A stretch of DNA of 64,000 nucleotides from Candidatus Cloacimonadales bacterium (GTDB lineage Bacteria; Cloacimonadota; Cloacimonadia; Cloacimonadales; JAFGVF01), in NCBI GenBank assembly GCA_963667035.1, contig OY762964.1, positions 352,001-416,000 on the forward strand. The letters are read 5' to 3'. A model generated the notes under the pieces. The model saw only the letters and a list, made by a program, of their open reading frames with translations. It searched no databases and was not told the origin of the DNA. Below are positions 52,170-62,420 of the stretch, one piece after another. Each line of letters begins with the position of its first letter. Within the stretch, counting starts at the first letter, position 1. A program made the position numbers and the translations under genes.

Positions 52170-54890
52170 ATGGCAAAAGATACGCTATATCTCATAGATG
52201 GAACCGCAGTTTTATATAGAGCTCATTTTGCATTCATAAAAAATCCGTTAATCAACTCAAAAGGTCAACATACAAGTGCTTTGTTCGGGACAATAAACTC
52301 ATTTCTGAGGTTACTTGATGTGTCGGAAGGGAAGCACTTTGCAATAGCCTTCGATAGGAAAGAACCTACTTTCAGAAAAGAGATTAGCAGTGACTACAAA
52401 GCAAATAGACCCCCTATGCCGGGTGAACTTGTTTCTCAATTAGAACCAATAAGGAATTTCTTTGAGTTAATTGGCATGGAGGAATACTCCCTAGCGGGTT
52501 ATGAAGCTGACGATGTGCTTTGCACTATGGCAGAGCGTTATAAAGATAAATACGATATTGTGCTTGTGACCGGTGATAAAGATTATGCTCAGGTTGTAAG
52601 CGAAGGCGTTAGTATCTATGACCCTAAAAAAGAGCAATATCTAAATCCTGAGAAAGTATATGAGAAATACGGAGTGAGACCTAATCAGTTTGTTGATTAT
52701 CTGGCATTAATGGGCGACTCGGCGGACAATATACCCGGTGTGAGAGGAATAGGACCTAAAACAGCATCAGCATTGTTACAGGAATATGATACTTTAGAAG
52801 GTATTTATGAGCATATCGATGATATTACCGGTTCAAAACAGAAAAAGCTAATTGAGTTTAAAGAGGATGCATTTACATCAAGAAAATTAGCTAAGATAGT
52901 ACTGGATGTACCTATTGAAACTGATGATACAGACTTTTTATTTGAACCCAAAGAATTTGATAAAGTTTGTGAGTTTCTTGATACCTTTGAGCTTTCGAGT
53001 TTGAAAAAGAAGCTTATCTCATTGTTTGATGTTAACCCTGATGAGTATAGTGATAGCGAAGAAGTGGAAGAAAGTAGTACAGTAAGCTTTAAACCGGTAC
53101 TTATTAATACGGAGTCTTCATTTCTTACAATGCTGAACAAGATGAGCAAATATGAATATATTGCTTTTGATACGGAGACAACAGGTATAGACCCTCACGA
53201 CTGTGAACTGGTAGGTGTCTCAATTGCTTTTGATAAAGGAGAAGGGTATTATCTACCTTTCAGGCATTTGGAAGCTGAGAATCTGGATACTAAAAAACAT
53301 CTGCCAAGTCTAGTTAAAGCTTTAAAGAATAAGGTGATTATCGGGCATAACATTAAATACGATTTGCACGTGTTACATTATGAAGGATATGATTTTAAGA
53401 ATAAGCTCTTTGATACAATGGTAGCAGCTTATCTATTGGATGCGGGTCGTGGTGCATACTCACTTGATAAGTGTTCTGAGATAGAGCTTAACTATAAGAT
53501 GGTTCCTATATCGGAATTGATAGGCAAAGGACAGAATCAACTAACCTTTGATAGAGTGCCATTGCAAACCGCTACTAAGTACTCTTCGGAAGATGCATAT
53601 ATAACTTTGGAATTATTCGAAATATATAAAGAAAGGCTTATTAACAGCAATCTGGATAAGCTCTTTTATGATATGGAAATGCCACTCATATCAACCCTCT
53701 TGATAATGGAACAAAATGGAGTCTTTTGCGATACTGACTTCCTGAAAGAATTGGAAACAAAGATAGAGAAGTTGAGAGTGGAATTGGAAGATAAAATCTA
53801 CGAGATTGCAGGATATGAGTTTAACCTTAACTCGACCAAGCAATTGGGCAAACTTCTTTTTGAAGAGATGGATATTCCGCCTGTAAAGAAAACAAAAACA
53901 GGATATTCTACCGACACAACCGTTCTGGAGAAACTTGCTAATGAATACGAGGTTGCTAAGTATATCAGTGACTATCGTCAACTAACTAAACTACTATCTA
54001 CTTATGTAATGGCTTTACCGAAGTTGATAAACAGCAAAACCGGAAGAATACATTCCTCATTTAATCAGACTATTGCTTCTACAGGAAGATTATCCTCAAC
54101 TAATCCGAACTTACAAAACATTCCTATCAGAACTGAGATGGGAAGAGAGATTAGAAAAGCGTTCCATGCACAAGAAGCATCGAGCAAGATTATCTCAGCA
54201 GACTACTCACAAATAGAGTTAAGGTTACTTGCCATATTATCAGAAGATAAAGAGATGATTCATGCCTTTAAAGAAGGTATTGATATTCACACAAGAACTG
54301 CGGCATTGATATTTGACATACCTGAAGAGCAAGTAACTAAAGAGCAACGTTCTCAGGCAAAGACAATCAATTTCGGAATAATATACGGTATGGGTTCGGT
54401 TAAGCTATCACAAACTCTTAATATTTCCAGAGCAGAAGCCAAAAAGTTTATTGAGAACTATTTCAAAACATTCCCTACAATCAAGAACTGGATGGATGAA
54501 GCTGTACAATTTGCTAAGCAAAACGAATACTGTGAGACGATGTGGGGAAGAAGACTATATCTGCCTGAAATAAACAAAGATAACCGTTTTGCTTCTGATG
54601 CAGAAAGGGTTGCAGTGAATATGCCCATTCAGGGAAGTGCAGCCGATATAATTAAGACAGCTATGAATAATCTTCAAAAGAGACTTACCGAAAAATATGA
54701 TAATGATGGCGTTAAGATGATTATTCAAGTTCATGACGAGCTAATCTTTGAAGTGGAATTCTACTATGTAGATGAAGCTAAAAACATTATAAGAGAGGAA
54801 ATGGAAAGAGCCCTTCCTGATAAATATAGAGGCGTTATTCCTTTAACGGTTGACATCGGAGAAGGTGACAATTGGTATGAAGCTCACTAG
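52170..54890 (+). CDS. polA: DNA polymerase I
   Basis: 5'-3' exonuclease 'LIDG', 'EADD', 'GDSADNIPGV'; 3'-5' exonuclease 'FDTET'; polymerase 'ADYSQIELR', 'KTINFGIIYG', 'QVHDEL'. Confidence 0.98.
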   Translation: MAKDTLYLIDGTAVLYRAHFAFIKNPLINSKGQHTSALFGTINSFLRLLDVSEGKHFAIAFDRKEPTFRKEISSDYKANRPPMPGELVSQLEPIRNFFELIGMEEYSLAGYEADDVLCTMAERYKDKYDIVLVTGDKDYAQVVSEGVSIYDPKKEQYLNPEKVYEKYGVRPNQFVDYLALMGDSADNIPGVRGIGPKTASALLQEYDTLEGIYEHIDDITGSKQKKLIEFKEDAFTSRKLAKIVLDVPIETDDTDFLFEPKEFDKVCEFLDTFELSSLKKKLISLFDVNPDEYSDSEEVEESSTVSFKPVLINTESSFLTMLNKMSKYEYIAFDTETTGIDPHDCELVGVSIAFDKGEGYYLPFRHLEAENLDTKKHLPSLVKALKNKVIIGHNIKYDLHVLHYEGYDFKNKLFDTMVAAYLLDAGRGAYSLDKCSEIELNYKMVPISELIGKGQNQLTFDRVPLQTATKYSSEDAYITLELFEIYKERLINSNLDKLFYDMEMPLISTLLIMEQNGVFCDTDFLKELETKIEKLRVELEDKIYEIAGYEFNLNSTKQLGKLLFEEMDIPPVKKTKTGYSTDTTVLEKLANEYEVAKYISDYRQLTKLLSTYVMALPKLINSKTGRIHSSFNQTIASTGRLSSTNPNLQNIPIRTEMGREIRKAFHAQEASSKIISADYSQIELRLLAILSEDKEMIHAFKEGIDIHTRTAALIFDIPEEQVTKEQRSQAKTINFGIIYGMGSVKLSQTLNISRAEAKKFIENYFKTFPTIKNWMDEAVQFAKQNEYCETMWGRRLYLPEINKDNRFASDAERVAVNMPIQGSAADIIKTAMNNLQKRLTEKYDNDGVKMIIQVHDELIFEVEFYYVDEAKNIIREEMERALPDKYRGVIPLTVDIGEGDNWYEAH

Positions 54891-54905
54891 TTAGAGGAAG
54901 GATGA

Positions 54906-55682
54906 ATGAAAGAATTTGATAGATTAGTAGAGATAATAGCAAAATTACGTGACCCGTCAGACGGTTGTCCTTGGGATTTAAAACAAACCCATAAGTCACT
55001 TGTATCGGGCTTTATAGAAGAATTGTATGAAACTGTTGAAGCAATCGAAGATAGTAATCCGAAAGCACTTCAAGAAGAACTGGGTGATTTGATGCTACAT
55101 ATCTTGTTACAATCCAGAATTGCAGAGGAAAACAGGGAATTCACCATAGTTGATGCTTTAACCGGAATCAGTGATAAATTGATTAGACGTCATCCCCATA
55201 TCTTTGGTGATACAGAGGAAACCGATGCAGGACAAGTCAAAGTAAATTGGGAGCGAATCAAGAAGGAAGAGAAGAAAAGGGAACGAGAATCAATCCTTGA
55301 TGGAACTCCTTTATCCATGCCTGCTTTGTTGGTTGCTCACAGAGTCCAAGAGAAGGCTGCTTCAACCGGATTTGATTGGGATTCGGTAGAACCTATATTT
55401 GATAAAATAAATGAAGAGCAGGAAGAGATAAAGGAAGCTGTAGAGTTAGGAGAACAGGATAAGATCGAAGAAGAAATCGGTGATTTGATATTCTCTGCAG
55501 TTAATCTTGCCAGAAAGCTGAATGTAGATTCCGAATCAGCTCTAAGAGTCACAATTAATAAGTTCATTAGAAGGTTTAAACAAGTAGAGAAGATTTACTC
55601 TGAGAATGGAGATAAAATGTATGAATCAACTCTTGAAGAGCTTGATGAAACTTGGGAACAAGTTAAACGCACAGAAGCATAA
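54906..55682 (+). CDS. mazG: Nucleoside triphosphate pyrophosphohydrolase MazG
   Basis: 'LRDP..GCPWD..QT', 'EELGDL', 'KLIRRHPHIF', 'GFDW'. Confidence 0.96.
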   Translation: MKEFDRLVEIIAKLRDPSDGCPWDLKQTHKSLVSGFIEELYETVEAIEDSNPKALQEELGDLMLHILLQSRIAEENREFTIVDALTGISDKLIRRHPHIFGDTEETDAGQVKVNWERIKKEEKKRERESILDGTPLSMPALLVAHRVQEKAASTGFDWDSVEPIFDKINEEQEEIKEAVELGEQDKIEEEIGDLIFSAVNLARKLNVDSESALRVTINKFIRRFKQVEKIYSENGDKMYESTLEELDETWEQVKRTEA

Positions 55683-57162
55683 TAACCTACTCCAACTTTA
55701 TTTCATCGTAGGCAGTATAGTCTTAATAGGTTTTTACATCACCTATACCAATGTTTTGCTTAAAAAAGCTAAGCAGGACTCGGAGTTTATACCTAGAAGT
55801 TTTGCTAATTACATTGTATATATTGAATCACAGATGCTTGAAGCAGAGAGTAATTCAAAACTAATCTCGGAGTTATTCGCAAAATATATAAAATCGTTAA
55901 CCGAAGACGATTACGAAGATATACTAGTTGAGTATATTAGAGATGATTTTGTTACTAATATAACTATGCCTGTGATAATAGCAGATGATAAGAAACAACC
56001 GCTTTACTGGAGAAATCTGGATATACCTGAGTCCGTACAATTTAAAGACCTTAGTTCCGTATATAAGGAGCACATAGAAAAGATAGAAGCTCAGATGGAC
56101 CAAATACCATTGAAGTATGAAAACAAAATTGTTGGATATGTGTTCTATAGAAGTCAAACGGGATTTGAGGATTTTGTACAGGATGTTAACTATCCCTTGA
56201 TAGTGACAGATGAATTCAGAAAACCCAGATATTGGCGTAATATGGGCATTCTTGAAAATGTTAAATATGAAGCTCTGAATGAACCTAATAAGAGCTACAT
56301 AAACAAGCAGATGCATAAGATGGTTGAATTTCCCCTTGAAGCTAATGGAAAGCGAGTAGGCTTTGTTTATTTCGAAGAATCAGGATCATTAAAAAAGATA
56401 CGCTCCTTAGTGTATGTCGAGATACTCTTAATTGTCCTGTTTGTTGCTTTTGGAAGCTATGGCTTCCTGATGATTAAGAACTCGGAAAAGGATTCTTTAT
56501 GGGTTGGATTAGCTAAAGAAACAGCACATCAATTCGGGACTCCCATAACATCTTTACAGGGTTGGACTGATTACTTAAAACTACATTTTGAGGATAGTCA
56601 GGAAGCTGATGAAATTAACCCTATGCTAGAGAATATTGCTGAGGATGTAAAGCATCTTCAGAAGATAGCTTCTCGTTTTGGGAAGGTTGGATCTAATGTT
56701 AAATTACAACCTGTGAAAATCTGCGAAGTTGTTAATGAAACAGTTAGTTATTTTGAGACAAGATTGCCTCACTTTAGTGCTAAAATAAATATTAAACTAA
56801 GTTGTGAGGATACGGAACTGAGAGTTATAATGGAAAAAGAACTGTTTCAATGGACTTTAGAGAATCTTGTTAAAAATAGTATTGATGCAATGACAGCTAA
56901 AGGTGGATTAATCACAATCTCTGTGCTTAAAGAAAACCAGTACATGTCTTTAAGATTGCAAGATGAAGGTAAGGGCATACCTAAAAATATGTTAAAGAAG
57001 ATATTCGAACCCGGTTTTACAACTAAGAAGAGAGGTTGGGGACTGGGACTTAGTCTTGTAAAAAGAATTATTGAAGATTATCATAATGGTGAGATTAGAG
57101 TTGTGGAGACTTCTCCCAAAGGAACAACATTTGAAATCCGACTTAAGGAGCATTTAATATGA
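55645..57162 (+). CDS. Membrane sensor histidine kinase
   Basis: Two TM helices, H-box 'ETAHQFGTPI', 'ENLVKNSIDAM', 'DEGKGI', 'GWGLGL'; start uncertain, overlaps the mazG end. Confidence 0.9.
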   Translation: MKLGNKLNAQKHNNLLQLYFIVGSIVLIGFYITYTNVLLKKAKQDSEFIPRSFANYIVYIESQMLEAESNSKLISELFAKYIKSLTEDDYEDILVEYIRDDFVTNITMPVIIADDKKQPLYWRNLDIPESVQFKDLSSVYKEHIEKIEAQMDQIPLKYENKIVGYVFYRSQTGFEDFVQDVNYPLIVTDEFRKPRYWRNMGILENVKYEALNEPNKSYINKQMHKMVEFPLEANGKRVGFVYFEESGSLKKIRSLVYVEILLIVLFVAFGSYGFLMIKNSEKDSLWVGLAKETAHQFGTPITSLQGWTDYLKLHFEDSQEADEINPMLENIAEDVKHLQKIASRFGKVGSNVKLQPVKICEVVNETVSYFETRLPHFSAKINIKLSCEDTELRVIMEKELFQWTLENLVKNSIDAMTAKGGLITISVLKENQYMSLRLQDEGKGIPKNMLKKIFEPGFTTKKRGWGLGLSLVKRIIEDYHNGEIRVVETSPKGTTFEIRLKEHLI

Positions 57163-58661
57163 CATTGCTAACACCTGAACAAATGTATAAATTAGATAAG
57201 AAAACTATGGATGATTTCGGCATTCCTTCAAGAGTCTTGATGGAAAATGCAGGGAAAGGTTGTGCCGATTATATCAATATTAATTATCCCGATAAATTAG
57301 ATGTAAGTGTTGTATGCTCTACGGGTAATAATGGTGGGGATGGCTTTGTTATAGCGAGATGGTTACATAGCTATGGATATAACTGTACTGTGTATGTGAT
57401 TGGAGATGAAAGCAAGTTTTCAGAGGAGACCAGAGAGAATTATAGCTTATTAAGTAAGCTTAAAATACAGGTTATTAATATAAAAGACGAGGAAGGCTGG
57501 AAAGCCAATAGATTACCTTTACTGACTTCACAATTGATAATCGACAGCATCTTTGGTATTGGTTTTAAAGGTGAGATAAGAGGTATTGCTAAACAGATTG
57601 TTGAATCAATCAATAGGGTTAAAGCGATTGTTATTAGTATTGATATTCCAAGCGGCTTAAATGCTCTGACCGGTAAAACCGCTATTTGTGTAAAAGCAGA
57701 TGAAACTCTTACCATGGCATCATTGAAAACAGGGCATATCTTAGGTGATGGTATGATTTACTGTGGGAAAACAACAGTGATTCCTATTGGTATCCCTAAA
57801 ACTTATTTTTTTGAGGAGAATCCGGTAGTACTGGTAAATGATGAATGTGTCTCTTTACCTGCAAGAAACAAAGTCTCTCATAAAGGTAGCTATGGAAGAA
57901 TCGCCATTATTGCCGGTTCAAAAGGATATACCGGTGCAGCTATTATGTCATGCCAATCAGCTTTGAAGAGTGGTGCTGGATTGATAACTCTTTTTCATAG
58001 AAAGGAGTTGTCCAATATCTTTGAGGTTACTTTGAAAGAGGTAATGACGAAAGAAATTCCGGAAGAAAACGGTATGCCTGATACATACAAATTGATATCA
58101 TTATTGGAGAACTACGATGCTATATTGTTTGGCCCAGGCATTGGTAATAATGAGTATTCCAAACACATTTTGGAAGAAATGATTGTTAAGATTGACAGAC
58201 CCGTTGTGATTGATGCCGATGGTCTAAATATACTTTCCGAGAACTCACATCTGATGAATCAATTAGCTTATAAGGATATTATACTTACTCCTCATATTGG
58301 AGAATTCGGTAGATTAGCCGGTATCTCAGTTAAAGATGTTATTGATAATAAGATTGATGTACTTAAAAACTTCGTTAACAACTACAAAGTGAAAGTTTTA
58401 CTCAAAGATAGTACTACTGTTTTTATGGACGGAGAGAGTACTTATATCAATATTAGTGGAAATGATGGACTTTCTACCGGTGGATCTGGAGATGTTTTAG
58501 CCGGAATCATAGTATCTTTCATAGGTCAGAGGGTGCCGTTATCTGAAGCTCCTATCTCAGCTTCATGGCTTCTTGGTACAACCGCCGAGAAAATAAATAG
58601 AGTGAAAGAGACTAACTCGATCACTCCATCCGATATTATTGATAATCTATTTGTTAGATAA
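57159..58661 (+). CDS. nnr: Bifunctional NAD(P)H-hydrate epimerase/dehydratase
   Basis: 'LMENAG', 'GNNGGDG', 'DIPSG', 'HKGSYG', 'DADGLN', 'LTPHIGEF', 'GGSGDVLAG'. Confidence 0.95.
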   Translation: MTLLTPEQMYKLDKKTMDDFGIPSRVLMENAGKGCADYININYPDKLDVSVVCSTGNNGGDGFVIARWLHSYGYNCTVYVIGDESKFSEETRENYSLLSKLKIQVINIKDEEGWKANRLPLLTSQLIIDSIFGIGFKGEIRGIAKQIVESINRVKAIVISIDIPSGLNALTGKTAICVKADETLTMASLKTGHILGDGMIYCGKTTVIPIGIPKTYFFEENPVVLVNDECVSLPARNKVSHKGSYGRIAIIAGSKGYTGAAIMSCQSALKSGAGLITLFHRKELSNIFEVTLKEVMTKEIPEENGMPDTYKLISLLENYDAILFGPGIGNNEYSKHILEEMIVKIDRPVVIDADGLNILSENSHLMNQLAYKDIILTPHIGEFGRLAGISVKDVIDNKIDVLKNFVNNYKVKVLLKDSTTVFMDGESTYINISGNDGLSTGGSGDVLAGIIVSFIGQRVPLSEAPISASWLLGTTAEKINRVKETNSITPSDIIDNLFVR

Positions 58662-58883
58662 TTAATCTATAACAAATAATCCATCTGCATCCCTGAAGTT
58701 TTTGGTTGCTATCATGATTATGTCATATATCCACCAGATACCAAAACCTCCTCCGGTTACCATCATTAGCAGTCCGCTAAATATCTTACCGTTATAAAAT
58801 CTGTGTATACCTAATTCGCCTAAGAATATGCAAAGTAGTAGAGTAGCTAACCAGCTTCTCTTACTGTGTATCTCATTATTCAT
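58662..58883 (-). CDS. TM2 domain protein
   Basis: 'KRSWLATLLLCIFLGELGIHRFY'. Confidence 0.9.
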   Translation of the reverse strand: MNNEIHSKRSWLATLLLCIFLGELGIHRFYNGKIFSGLLMMVTGGGFGIWWIYDIIMIATKNFRDADGLFVID

Positions 58884-58906
58884 GGAAACTCCTGTTTGAA
58901 TAAGTT

Positions 58907-60184
58907 CTATTTAACCAATATAACTTTCTTTGTCATTGACGCATTATTTAAATCTACTTTCCAAAAATAGATTCCTGAAGGATAGTTCATAGAGCTGAAC
59001 TTGAAACTGTTAATACCTTGATTAAGAATCCCATTATGTACATTCTCAACTAATCTACCTTTAACATCATAGATGTTAATGTTTACACTTTCTGACTTAC
59101 TGTTCACAATTTCTAGAGTACTGTAATCGTTGAAAGGGTTAGGATATGTACTGAGTAACATTGGATGGGCTTGTTGTATCTCTTCATTCGAAGCAGTAGG
59201 GGAGAGTACAATGTTTAATACTTCATAGTCCCCATCAATGGTTACTTGCTCTTCATAAGTATCGTAACCTAAGGCAACTACACTTACATTGTATGTCCCG
59301 TCTTCTAAACCACGATTGAAAGTACCATCTTCACCTGTTAAAAAATAATCTTCGAAATCAGGATTAGAGTCCATTGTTATATAAAAAGCAACATAACCGA
59401 GAGGATTCCCCAAGTTATCTTCAACAGTACCTTCAATTCCTCCTTCCAAATCAGGATATAGGAAGTTGATACCGGATTCATGTCCGTTTACCGTCACTAC
59501 TTGTTGAGGAGGAGTTTGTGTATTTTCTCCTTGTATATCAAGATAGCTGTATACATTTACTGCACATTCAACATTTGGTATAGTATCCGGTACATAAACT
59601 TGATATGAACCTAACATACTACCGAATTCCATTATCAAGTACTCTCCTTCCGGCATTGGGTCAAAGAAGTTAGCTATGCAAGTCATTAATTCGAGATTAG
59701 AGAAGTCGTCTGAATTGTAATTTATATATACAAGAGGACTGGGGACCGGTAAGTCAATCCATCCACCTTCCTGTAACACAGTTCCAGATACGGAGTAATT
59801 AGTGTCTAATTGATTGTAATGAACCAACACACTGTCAGCAACATTGCCATCTTCCAATATGATTGTTACAGGTACGGAGGAAGGTAAACTCATCTCGCAT
59901 TCGAGATTAGCTGTAAAATGACCATCGAAGCCTGTTTCATCGTAACCGAGTCCATCCTGGAATAGACTGAAAGGTATCTCAATTGTGGGGATCTCAAGGA
60001 GTGGAATGTCTATAGAAATGCGATATCCTGCATTCCCCATAACAGACTCAAAGTCAAAATCATATACCATAGTATCGCCAATTGATACGGTTACCTCTTC
60101 TTGTCCGTTAATTGTAAAGTTATGTACTGAGAACAGTGACCCCATAATTGCAAATACTGAAACCAATAATAGCAATTTCTTCAT
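58907..60184 (-). CDS. Secreted protein with carboxypeptidase-regulatory-like domain and T9SS-type sorting domain
   Basis: Signal peptide; 'IEGTVED..G.P..T..DG.F..G.Y.V.V.A.GY'; 'YPNPFN..YDVKGR..SGIYF'. Confidence 0.8.
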   Translation of the reverse strand: MKKLLLLVSVFAIMGSLFSVHNFTINGQEEVTVSIGDTMVYDFDFESVMGNAGYRISIDIPLLEIPTIEIPFSLFQDGLGYDETGFDGHFTANLECEMSLPSSVPVTIILEDGNVADSVLVHYNQLDTNYSVSGTVLQEGGWIDLPVPSPLVYINYNSDDFSNLELMTCIANFFDPMPEGEYLIMEFGSMLGSYQVYVPDTIPNVECAVNVYSYLDIQGENTQTPPQQVVTVNGHESGINFLYPDLEGGIEGTVEDNLGNPLGYVAFYITMDSNPDFEDYFLTGEDGTFNRGLEDGTYNVSVVALGYDTYEEQVTIDGDYEVLNIVLSPTASNEEIQQAHPMLLSTYPNPFNDYSTLEIVNSKSESVNINIYDVKGRLVENVHNGILNQGINSFKFSSMNYPSGIYFWKVDLNNASMTKKVILVK

Positions 60185-60382
60185 AGTTTTTCTCCATATT
60201 TTGTTTATTCAGTTCTTTTTATCCCTTCTTATCCAAGAGTCAAGGAAATTGTCTAGCATGTCTTTATCAATTTTCATCAAAAGAAAATGTGCATTAAGAA
60301 AGAAGTACAATTATAATATTTATATTGACTAAGTAAAACCGAGATATCCAATTATCATAAAAACATAGAAAGGGATTGATTT

Positions 60383-61546
60383 ATGTACGACTTCGATACA
60401 CTATATAAAAGAAAAGGTACAGGCTGTTATAAATATGATGCTTTAAAGCTTGTTTACGATAATGAAGATTTACAACCTCTATGGGTTGCAGATATGGACT
60501 TTGCTATTGCTCCTGAGATTACAAATTCCCTTCAGGAAAGATTAAAGCATCCTATTTATGGATACAACCTAAGGCCTGATAGTTATTATCAATCAATCAT
60601 TAACTGGCTAAAGAGAAGGCATTCTTGGGATATAGAACAATCATGGATATGTAATAGTCCCGGTATAGTTCCCGGAATAAACATGGCTTTGTTGGAGTTA
60701 ACCAAGCCCGGAGATAAAGTTTTGATTCAAGAACCTGTTTATAGCCCTTTTAGGCAAGCTGTCTTGGATCATGGAAGGGAATTGGTTGTGAATCGTTTAG
60801 TCGATAATCTTGGAAATTGGAGTATTGACTTTGTACAACTTGATAAGCAACTTGAGGGAGTAAAGATGTTTATCTTCTGTAGTCCTCATAATCCTATCGG
60901 TCGATTGTGGACAGAAGAAGAATTATTAAAACTGGGTCGATTATGTAAGAAACATAATGTTATTATTTTCAGTGATGAGATACATAACGATTTGATACTG
61001 TCTGATAAAAAGCATATTCCTATAGCAACATTAGAGGATTTTAGTGAGTTCACAATCACGGGTATTGCTCCCAGTAAGACGTTCAATATCCCCGGTTTGA
61101 TTGCATCTGCGTTGATTATTCCTAACAAGATGATTCATAAACGCTTAATGGATTATATGTTTAAGTTACACATGTTCTCACTAAACTCATTTGGGATGGT
61201 AGCTCTAGAAGCTGCTTATAACAAGGGAGAAAAATGGCTTGAGGAATTGCTTGAGTATTTGAGAGGAAATGCTAAACTAGTTAGCGATAAGTTGTCATCT
61301 CTACATCCTGATCTAAAAGTAGCAAAACAGCAAGCGACTTATCTTGCTTGGATAGATCTCCGCTTCACAGGTATGACCAGTAAAGAACTCAACAAACTGT
61401 TTGTAGAGAAAGCAGGTGTTGCCTTAAGTCCCGGTGATGAATTTGGAGTGTCAGGTGACGGATACATGAGATTAAATTTTGCTTTACCGAGAAAAGAATT
61501 AGAATTAGCATTAGATAAGATAATAAAAGCAATAAAAGAAAACTAG
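60383..61546 (+). CDS. MalY/PatB family PLP-dependent C-S lyase/aminotransferase
   Basis: 'PLWVADMDF', 'CSPHNPIGR', 'SDEIH', 'PSKTFNIPG', 'ATYLAW', 'MRLNFA'. Confidence 0.92.
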   Translation: MYDFDTLYKRKGTGCYKYDALKLVYDNEDLQPLWVADMDFAIAPEITNSLQERLKHPIYGYNLRPDSYYQSIINWLKRRHSWDIEQSWICNSPGIVPGINMALLELTKPGDKVLIQEPVYSPFRQAVLDHGRELVVNRLVDNLGNWSIDFVQLDKQLEGVKMFIFCSPHNPIGRLWTEEELLKLGRLCKKHNVIIFSDEIHNDLILSDKKHIPIATLEDFSEFTITGIAPSKTFNIPGLIASALIIPNKMIHKRLMDYMFKLHMFSLNSFGMVALEAAYNKGEKWLEELLEYLRGNAKLVSDKLSSLHPDLKVAKQQATYLAWIDLRFTGMTSKELNKLFVEKAGVALSPGDEFGVSGDGYMRLNFALPRKELELALDKIIKAIKEN

Positions 61547-61556
61547 GGAGGCAAGA

Positions 61557-62375
61557 ATGGATTTACATAAGAAAATTAAAGATCTTTATGATAAGGCTGA
61601 TAACTCGGAATATTATGAAGAGAAATTAACTATTTTCGAAGAGTTTAAGTTTAGATTGAACAACGGTCTTATTCGCTCTGCTGAATATACCGAGAATTGT
61701 TGGAAAGTCAATGAGTGGGTCAAGAAAGGTATTCTTCTTGGTTTTCAAATAGGAGCTATAACTGAGTATCCTCTGGAGAAAGGTAACAGCTTTTGGGATA
61801 AGAACACATATCCTCCCAAGCAATTTACTCTTGAAGATCATGTACGTCTAGTGCCGGGTGGCTCAGCAGTAAGAGATGGAGCTTATATTGCACCAAGCGT
61901 GATAATAATGCCTCCTGCTTATGTGAATGTAGGAGCTTATGTCGATGAAGGTACTTTGATAGATTCTCATGCCTTAGTAGGAAGTTGTGCACAAGTTGGC
62001 AAGTATTGCCATATATCTGCCGGAGTGCAGATTGGCGGAGTTATTGAGCCAATCGGTAGTAAACCGGTTATTATTGAAGACAATGTCTTTCTTGGTGGAC
62101 AATCAGGTCTGTACGAAGGAGTTGTAGTTAAAGCAAATGCCGTACTTGCTCCAGGAACTATTATCTCATCATCAACACCTGTCTATGATGCGGTTAATAG
62201 CTGTTATCTTGAAAAGAAAGACGGCTCAATCGTTATCCCAGAAGGTGCTGTTGTTGTTCCCGGAAGCAGACCATTAAAGGACAATCCTGCTCACCAGATC
62301 TACTGTCCTGTCATTATAAAATACAGAGATGAAAGCACTGATCAAGCATTAGAACTTGAAGAGTATATCAGATAG
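61557..62375 (+). CDS. dapD: Tetrahydrodipicolinate N-succinyltransferase
   Basis: '[13 protein letters not shown]', '[12 protein letters not shown]', 'VGSCAQVG', 'GGVIEP..PVIIED'. Confidence 0.95.
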   Translation: MDLHKKIKDLYDKADNSEYYEEKLTIFEEFKFRLNNGLIRSAEYTENCWKVNEWVKKGILLGFQIGAITEYPLEKGNSFWDKNTYPPKQFTLEDHVRLVPGGSAVRDGAYIAPSVIIMPPAYVNVGAYVDEGTLIDSHALVGSCAQVGKYCHISAGVQIGGVIEPIGSKPVIIEDNVFLGGQSGLYEGVVVKANAVLAPGTIISSSTPVYDAVNSCYLEKKDGSIVIPEGAVVVPGSRPLKDNPAHQIYCPVIIKYRDESTDQALELEEYIR

Positions 62376-62397
62376 CTAGAATATTATCATTGTAAAA

Positions 62398-62419
62398 AAG
62401 GGCACAGTTTTGTGCCCTT
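62398..62419 (+). terminator. dapD terminator hairpin abutting the IS end
   Basis: AAGGGCACA/TGTGCCCTT. Confidence 0.65.
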
Positions 62420-62420
62420 C

